Assembly (NCBI GenBank): GCA_025558095.1
Contig: JAIVFI010000034.1
Coordinates: 62,001 to 126,000, forward strand
Length of the DNA stretch: 64,000 bases
Source: Hyaloraphidium curvatum SAG 235-1
Lineage: Eukaryota; Fungi; Monoblepharomycota
Direction: 5' to 3'
The translations under genes were made by a program, and so were the position numbers. Shown piece after piece: positions 56,515-64,000 of the stretch; position 1 is the first letter of the stretch; each line of letters begins with the position of its first letter. Below the pieces are notes generated by a model. It did not search any database. It was not told the origin of the DNA and was given only the letters and a program-made list of their open reading frames with translations.

Positions 56515-59500
56515 ATGGACGTGCTCGCGGGCCGGCCCTCCGCGACGCTGCGTCGCGTTGCGCTGCTCGCGTTCCTCGGCTGGGCGGCGGCGGCGCTGCG
56601 GAGGGACGCGCCGCCCGCCGTCCTGCGCGGCGCCGATGCGCGCCTCCGCGCGCTCGGCTGGCCGCCGTGGAAGCTGCTGCTCGCGCTGTTTGCCGCGTGG
56701 CAGGCGATCGACGGCGCGTTCCTGCTGCTGTTCCTCAACCCGCCGGAGCCGGCGCGCGGGCTGTACAAGCCGGCATACTTCCGCGCCGTGCAGATCCTCA
56801 CCGCGATGGACGCCGGATTCTGGGTAATTCAATTGCGGGAATCTCGCGGATTGTTTTTTCTGACATCCATCGTGCCCTCTCCGCCCTCCCCGGGTCGTTT
56901 CCAGACGGTCATGAACATCGGCCCCGCCCCGCTCCGCCATGTGCTCTCGATCCTCGCCAGCGTCTACTTCCTCCTGCGCCCCCGCCTCGCCGAGGACACC
57001 GTGCGCCGCTTCCGCTCCCAGGCTACGGTGCGCCACCTCCGCCTCGGCTGGAACAAGGCCCAGGTCAACCCCATCCTGCGCGCCGTGCGGTGGATCACGG
57101 CCGACAAGATCGCCGTCGTGCGCGAGGTGTTTTTGCCGAGGCCGCAGCCGGCGAGCCCGTCGGCGTTCGAGGGGACGCCGCCGCCCATCAGAACGTTGCT
57201 GTTCTTCAACGGCACGGACGCGGAGCTGGCAAAGGCGGACGCGATGGTGCTCCACCTGCCCGGTGGGGGTTTCGTGTCTATGCCGCCAGAGGTGCACAGC
57301 GACTACCTGAGGCTGTGGGCGAAGGTGACAGGGCTACCAGTGCTGAGCATCGATTACGGCAAGGTGGGCAGAAGCGCGAGCTGTCGGACTTTTCTCTGCG
57401 TCTGACGGTGAACGCTTGTGCGTGTCCACAGGCCCCCGAGTTCCCGTACCCCTGGGCGCTGGAAGAATGCTTCGACGCTTACCGCACCCTCGTCGAGTCC
57501 AACGGCGCGGCGATCGGCATGTGCGGCTGGTACGCCGAGGTCAACGGCGTGCGCAGGCGGCGCAAGCCCATCAGGATCGCCGTGACGGGCGACAGCGCGT
57601 GAGTTCTGGCTGGAAGTCAATGTTTCTGGCTTCAGCTAATCGAGCTATCCTGTCCATGGAACCACAGGGGAGGCAACCTCGCGGTCTCGATGACCTACCG
57701 GATCCTCGAGCACCCCACGCACCACCTCCCCGCGCCCTCGGGCCTGCTCCTCACCTACCCAAACCTCACCTTCGACATGGCCGCCTGGATGCCCTCGGAC
57801 GAGGTCGAACTGCTCCGCAAGGAGTCCCGCATGGGCCTCGCTCGCGCCACGTCGTCCTCCTCGGTCGGCAGGGTCAACGGCCTCTCCCCGCCCGCCTCGC
57901 GGGGCTCCCAGACCTCCCTCGCCCGCCCCGCCCCGCCGGGCTCCATCCTCCTCCGCAACCCCTCCGCGGCGCTCCTCGTGCCCCCAGCCGACCCCGGCCC
58001 GGACTCGGCCGAGGCACCCGACCTGCGGCGCAAGCGCACGCTCAGCTTCGTGGAGAAGCAGCACCGCGGCGGGCTCGCCGCGCTCTCGTCGCCCGACGGC
58101 TCCGCCAAGAAGAAGGCGCCCATGCCCTCCTCCCGCTCCGCGGCCGACCTCCGCGCCCTCGAAACCACCACCCCCCTCGCCGCCGCGCCCTGTCCCGCGC
58201 CCGCGGGCCAGGAGGACCGCGAAGGGTTCTTGTGGCGGGTGTGGGATCGGCTCACGGGGTTCAGAGCGGCCCCGAGCGCCCGCAAGAAGGCCGCGCCGGC
58301 GAGCCACAAGAACATCAGCATGACGAGCAGGTTTGCTTACAGCGCGGATCCAATGCTGCCTCCCGAAAGTGGGTGATCGCGAGAGACGGTTTGGGGGCGC
58401 GGGCTGACGTTCGGGGAAACAGCCGTCAGGTCGCTTGCGCTGCTCTACATCGGAAACAGCCCTCAGCAGCCGGATTTCGGGTCGGATTACTTCCTCAACC
58501 CCGTCGTGGCGCCCGATGACCTGTTGGCTCGCTTCCCGAAGGTGATTTGGCCTCACACTGCTGCCCGAACGATCGTCTGACTTTTCCGCGCACCACAGAT
58601 CTACCTGGTCTGCGGCGAAAAGGACCCCCTCGTGGACGACACGGTCATCTTTGCCGGCCGCGTGCGCGAGGCCAAATCCCGCGCGCACCGCGAGTGGCTC
58701 CGCCTCCGCGAGGAGCTGCGGCGGAACAAGGACGCCCCCGCCCCTGGCCAGCACTGGAACCCGTCCGACCTGCCCTCGCACCCGTTCGCGCGCGAGCCCG
58801 CCGACATGGTGCACACCCGCATCATCGAGGGCATCTCGCACGGCTTCCTCAACTACATGGCGCTCTTCCCCGAAGCCCGCGACGTGGCCCTCGTCGACGC
58901 GAGCTGGCTCCTGGACCTCGTCGCCGAGGACGACCGCACCCCCCGCCGCCCGCCGTACCCGGGGTACGTGGGGAGCAGCGGGCGCGCGGTGCTGGCGGAG
59001 GAGGAGCTCACGGAGCTGCTGCTCACGCGGATGGAGCGCGGCGACGGGCCGCTGGCGGACGCGACAGAGGTGCCGGCCAGGGCGGGCTACTACGCGTCGG
59101 TTCCGGCGGTGATCCACAGGTACCTGCACCCAGAGATCGCGGGGGAGGCTGTGCATTCCAAGGAGGTCAGGGAGAAGTGGGAGAAGGAGGCCGAGGACCT
59201 GGGGCTTTCGGACAGCGGGAGCGAGGACGAGGGCGGCGGGTGGCGGTGGCACGACGCCGAGCACGAGGCGGACCGGCCGGTCAAGCCCGTTCCCAAGGCC
59301 GGCGCCGTGCCGGTGCCCTCGCTGGCGCCGGCGCCGGGGGCAGCGGGGCAGCAGGCCAAGCAGCAGCGCAAGGCGACACCGGTGCGGTCCAACCCCGCCG
59401 CGGCCTCGCGCGCGCGCACCCGGGCCGGGGAGGGCGGCGAGTCCGAGGACGATCTGGAGGAGGAGGAGGGCGGGATCACGATGAGCGTGGGCAGGGCGCG

Positions 59501-59615
59501 GCCCCCGGCGACGGTGGCGGACCTGAAGGGGGCCGTGTCGGATCTGGAGCTGGTGAAGCGGAGGAAGGAGGAGACGGAGCACGCGCTGACGGACTTTCAC
59601 GAGAGCAAGAAGTGA
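56515..59615 (+). CDS. Hormone-sensitive-lipase-like alpha/beta hydrolase (multi-exon)
   Basis: HLPGGGF, IDYGK|APEFPYPWALEECF, GDSA|GGNL, CGEKDPLVDD, SHGF. Confidence 0.9.
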
Positions 59616-60007
59616 AGCCGGTTGAGCGAAGGGCGGAATCTATTGATCAGCTTTCCTTATTGCCCATTTCGTTGCAAGTCAAAAGTGGCGTTCCGGGGCA
59701 TTGCCGTCGACCACGCTGGCGTTTGAAGGGGTTCGGAAAGTGGGGCGGCCACCCGCGGAGTGAGGGCGGGGTTGGGCCGCACATGATAGTGTTTGCTGAC
59801 GGCGTTCGCCTGAAGCTGAGCGGCGGGCCCGCGGCTCTCGCTTTGAAGGGCTGTTTCAGCTTCTGCGTGCCGGATTCTTAGCCGCCTTTCGTGAACCACG
59901 ACCTCGTCTGACTGCTGTGTTGTACTCGGACCCGGACGGGTCCTGTGGCGGGCCAAGCCAGCCACTCCGAACGGCATCTGTCTCCAAAACTCCCTGCCCT
60001 TGCGACG

Positions 60008-62817
60008 ATGACGGGGCGGTTCCGGCGGCTCGCCGTGGCCGCTCTCGGGGCGCTTTTCGCCCTCCTCGCACTATCCGCCCGGGCGGGGGCGGCCGGCGCG
60101 GTGGCCGCCCGCCATCCCCCAGCAGGGGCTTCGGACGGCGGCACCCGCGTCGCCGATGCGCGCCGCGTCGGCCGCGCAGACGACGTCGGGCTGTACGGCC
60201 GGTCGGCTCGGGAGGCAGAAGACGCGCCGGGACGGAGCCCGCGGCTCGGTGCGCGCGCGCCGAAGAAGACCACGGCCAAGCGGCGCAAAACCACGGCCCG
60301 CCGCAAGAAGACAACCACGCGCCGCAAGACGACGGCGAAGCGGAAGACCACGACGCGGAAAGGACCCAAGGCCACGACGACCGCGCTGCCGACGTCCAAC
60401 ACCACCTCCTTCGCGCTGATCCAGGACGACCTCGCGTCCGGCAGGCTCACCAAGCAGCAGGCCGCGCTCTACTCGGTCTTTGCGCAGTTCGACGATCCGC
60501 AGCTGCCGGGCCAGTACCGCATCGGCCCGACCACCGTGCCGGCCGGGGGTGCCGATTCGCCCCATGCGATCGTGGACCTGCTGGGCAGCTACGCTTCGCT
60601 GTCTGCGGCGCAAAAGGCCTCGGTGAACCCCTACTTCGTGCCTCCCTACCACGGCGGGAGCTTCTGGCAGAAGCGGTTCGTCCCGGGGTCCCCCAACGGG
60701 AGCAGGCCCACGAAGCGGGAGCTGCGGCTGCGGGCGCGCTCGGACGGCCTGACAGCGGACCACCTTGATGGAGGACGGAACAGGCTGGCCGCTCGGGTCG
60801 GGCCCACGGACCCCCTCGGCGACCCGACGCTCATGCTGCGCGAATGGGACTCGGTCATCAGCACCGACGGCAACGTGCGCATCTGGTACCAGGTCCGCTA
60901 CGCCGCTACCGACAGGCCGCAGGCCAACGCCATGGCGGCCGAGGTCCCCAAGATCTGGAACAAGCACAAGGCGCTCATGGGCCGCACCCCCCCGCGGGAC
61001 GGCGGCTCGGCGATCGACGGGCGCGGCGGCGACGACAAGCTCGACATCAGCCTCGTCGACGGCGGGTCCAACACCCTGCCCTACGGGCGCTCGTGCACCA
61101 GCGCCGCGCCGCCCTACATCATGTTCAACCGCGCGGTGGCGGCCACCGTCGCGTGGCCGCAGGAGCTCGCGCACGAGCTGTTCCACGCGTTCCAGTACGC
61201 CTTCAAGGTCAAGACGGACTGTTTGGCTATCGATTACCGGTGGCTCGCCGAGTCGACGGCGCAGTGGGCCGAGGATTACGTGTACCCGGGCAACTCGGAC
61301 CAGCACAGGGCCGCGCAGTACTGGATGGACCAGCCTTCGGTCAGCCTGGACGACGACAGCAAGATCGGATCGCCGAGGAACTGTGGGTTCCCGCGCTCGC
61401 CGCATCCATGCTCGCAGCCCCAAATAGCTCACTTTGCACGCTTTGCACGCTCCACCATGCAGACGCGGGCTACCTCGTCTGGCACTACGCCAACCTGGTC
61501 CTGGGCAGCCCGTCCCTCGTCGCCTCCGCATGGACCAACGCCGGCTCAAACGAGATCCGCGACGCGCTGGACGCCACGTTCCCCGGCGGCGGCCTGAAGG
61601 AGCACTGGCCGCGCATCGCGCTGCACGCCTTCAACCTCGGCCAGGTGGCCGAGCTCCGGACCAGGGGGCTGCAGCGCAGGCCGGCGGTCTTTGGCGGTGG
61701 GCAGAACCCGGTCCAGTTCAGCCCGAACGGGGACGCCACGTTTTCCCTGCCCATCCCCGTGGACCTGCCGTACCTGTCGGCGTCGTACCTGTACCTGGCC
61801 TTCAGCGACCCCAACGTGCGCAGCTTCGTCTTCTACAACGGCCTGCGGACCAACCTCGAGCAGCGGACGGTGTCGACCAACTCGCTCATGGGGGCGTTCG
61901 ACGCCTTTGTCTTCGAGGAGAAGGGCGACACCGCGGCCAGCCACGGCGCGGCGATCTGGGCCATGTGGAAGGTCGCCGGGCGATCGTCGTGGGAGCAGCC
62001 CGAGGAGTGGACCGACAGGCCGTTCGCGCGGTTCTGCCTGCAGAAGAAGGCGGAGAAGCTGGAGGAGCTCGTCGTGGTCTTCAGCAACTGGGAGTTCAAG
62101 GACAGGTCGTACCGGGTGAAAAAGTACGGCGCCTCGGACCCGGTCGTGTTTGCCAGCGATCTGTTCTGCCACACGGCAAAGGGCAGCGCCCGCCTGGACG
62201 GCACCTTCAACGGCGGCGGCACCTGGGTCGCAGACGGCACCGGGCTGCAGCTTTCGACCGAGGCGTCGCACGCACCGGGGGGCGCCGGCACGCGGAGCAC
62301 ATACTCGACGATCTGGGTCGACGGGGGCGGCGCGCTGCCCAGGGACTGCAACATAACCGTCTCCGCCGGCCCCGCGGGGGTCTCGGTGCCGGACGTGTCG
62401 CGATGCCTGCCGCGGTACATCGCGCCCACGCGGTTCTTCCCCAAGGCCGGCACCGTGCGCGTGGACGGCAGCGTGCAGGAGGCATGCGGGACGGATCCGG
62501 AGACGTACCAGCCGTTGACGGCCACCGGCTCCTTTACCGCATCGGACAACGGGATTTCGTTCGTCGACGTGATGGACACCTCGCTTTCCGGGCCCGGGCA
62601 CAGGGCGTACTTTGGCACGGCTAGCGACGCGGAGCAGGACATCGCGGTCGCGTCGGGGTGCAAGGGGACGACGGATACCGCCTCGGGCGGGGTGTATTTG
62701 CTGACGGCCAAGGAGGACGGAACGGCGCGGGCCGCGGAATCCAAGGACGGGCTGCAGGGGACCACTGTCGGGGATTCGGGGACGTTCCAGTGGGATTTCA
62801 GGGGCGAGGCCGAATAG
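60008..62817 (+). CDS. Secreted bacterial-type HEXXH zinc metalloprotease (intron ~61383-61462)
   Basis: Signal peptide; LAHELFHAFQY...WLAESTAQWAEDYVYP (HExxH plus downstream E); beta-rich C-terminal region. Confidence 0.8.
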
Positions 62818-63280
62818 TGGTTGCGTAGTGTGAGCTGTGCGCGCTCGGAAGGAGTTGGAGCCGTTGTTGTTCGCCGCAAGTGGCATCCGGTGGCCGAAGA
62901 GGGCGCACCGGATTTGCAGCTGTGACGCTGGCTGTTCCTGGCGGGGACCTCCCGTGGATGATGCCGCGCGGAAATCCATCTGCATCACCAGAGCATCTCT
63001 CTAGGAAGAGACTGGTGGCCGACCTTGCCGGTTTGCGCCGGCGGCGGGACGGTCGGCGGTTCGGCGTCCGGCCAAGAAGGGTCCGGCGGGCCGCCCGCCT
63101 GAATGTGTGTCACCGAGCTTCTTTTCTCCCCGCGCCCCTCACCCCGCCACGGAGCCCCTCCTCCCGCTCGCAGGCGTTTGAGGCGTTTGAGCCGCGCCGC
63201 AGCTGCGCGGAGAGTGGCGCCGGATTCGTGGCGTGGCGGACGTGGGGCGACCGCTGCGTTCCCTGCGCCACGCGGACCAC

Positions 63281-64000
63281 ATGGACAACGGCAGTGCGGG
63301 CGCCGAGGGCGCCGACTGGGGACAACTGGTCGCGGCGGCTGAGATGCCGGCGGCCGAGGTGTGGGCGCGCCTGCGCAACCGGCGCCGCGGCTCGGGCGCC
63401 GGCGGCTCCGACGCCGGCTCCATCGCGTCGGCGCCGCTGGGCCGCGGGCTGCCGCTGGGCTCGCCGCTGGCCGAGGGCCGCCTGTCGCTGCCCACGCCGC
63501 ACGCCCAATCCGCGCTCGCCGCGCACCTCTACCCCGGCCGCGGCCTGGCCTCGCTGCCCGAGCCGGCGCTGGGCTCGGAGGCGCCGCCGGCGTCGTACCT
63601 GCTGCTGCCGTCGGTCGCCTCCTTCTGGAAGAACCTCCATCCGATTTTCCCCCTGCTGCACCGGACATCTTTTGAGGCGGCCTTTGCGCCCGCCCCAGTG
63701 CGGCCCGGCGCCGCCCCACCCCGATCCTCGCTCGCCTATCCCAACGGCAAACCCTTGATTCTGCTTTATGCGATAGCTGCCAACGGCGCTCGCACGCTCC
63801 CGAACCTCTCCGAGGCGCAGCGCTTCGGGTTTGCGCGCTATTGCTGCGAAAAGGCGCGCGAGATGCTCCTCGCGCGCCAGTCGGACGACCTCGAGTCCGC
63901 ACAGGCGCTGGCCCTCCTTTTGAACAACCTGGTGGCCGCGGGGCTGCCGGCGCGGATGGCGCCGCTCCTGGACCGCGCGGCGCAGGCCGCCCAGGCGCTG
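63281..64000 (+). CDS. Fungal-specific transcription factor domain protein (runs off window end)
   Basis: SFWKNLHPIFPLLHRTSFE...LILLYAIAANGAR...LESAQALALL is typical of the Fungal_trans middle-homology region. Confidence 0.8.
   Translation, partial: MDNGSAGAEGADWGQLVAAAEMPAAEVWARLRNRRRGSGAGGSDAGSIASAPLGRGLPLGSPLAEGRLSLPTPHAQSALAAHLYPGRGLASLPEPALGSEAPPASYLLLPSVASFWKNLHPIFPLLHRTSFEAAFAPAPVRPGAAPPRSSLAYPNGKPLILLYAIAANGARTLPNLSEAQRFGFARYCCEKAREMLLARQSDDLESAQALALLLNNLVAAGLPARMAPLLDRAAQAAQAL

Noticed and set aside
1-64000. Bacterial origin or contamination of the contig
   Set aside because: Spliceosomal introns interrupt conserved motifs even in the bacterial-type genes, and PTS1 signals and a fungal TF domain are present

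Overview
High-GC eukaryotic DNA with about 33 genes and many short (roughly 50-130 nt) spliceosomal introns with GCTGAC/GCTCAC/GCTAAC-type branch sites. A fungal-specific transcription-factor domain at the right end points to a fungus. The GC level and gene style suggest an early-diverging chytrid or monoblepharid-like lineage, but that is inference. Most ORFs in the six-frame track are GC-driven shadows, so gene models here were rebuilt by hand across introns and coordinates are approximate. Contents: a PEP carboxylase (unusual for a fungus), many oxidoreductases (BVMO, 2 FAD-linked oxidases, AKR, 3 SDRs, PhyH), lipid enzymes with peroxisomal signals, and many bacterial-type families (NuiA-like, NAT, glutamyl-endopeptidase-like protease, DUF924, DUF899, DUF2892-like, nitrobindin/FABP-like, HEXXH protease). 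There is also a block of large secreted modular proteins. Most notable: (i) an 8.7-kb secreted SdrD-B/Cys-repeat/NHL/M8-protease gene built from phase-0 exon cassettes with near-identical duplicated introns; (ii) a polybasic-threonine motif (KRRKTTARRK-like) shared by five unrelated secreted proteins; (iii) a NuiA-like nuclease-inhibitor gene head-to-head with a SLATT-like 2TM gene; (iv) a duplicated exon end creating an AG|GT recursive-type splice site. No rRNA, tRNA, CRISPR or recognisable transposon was seen.
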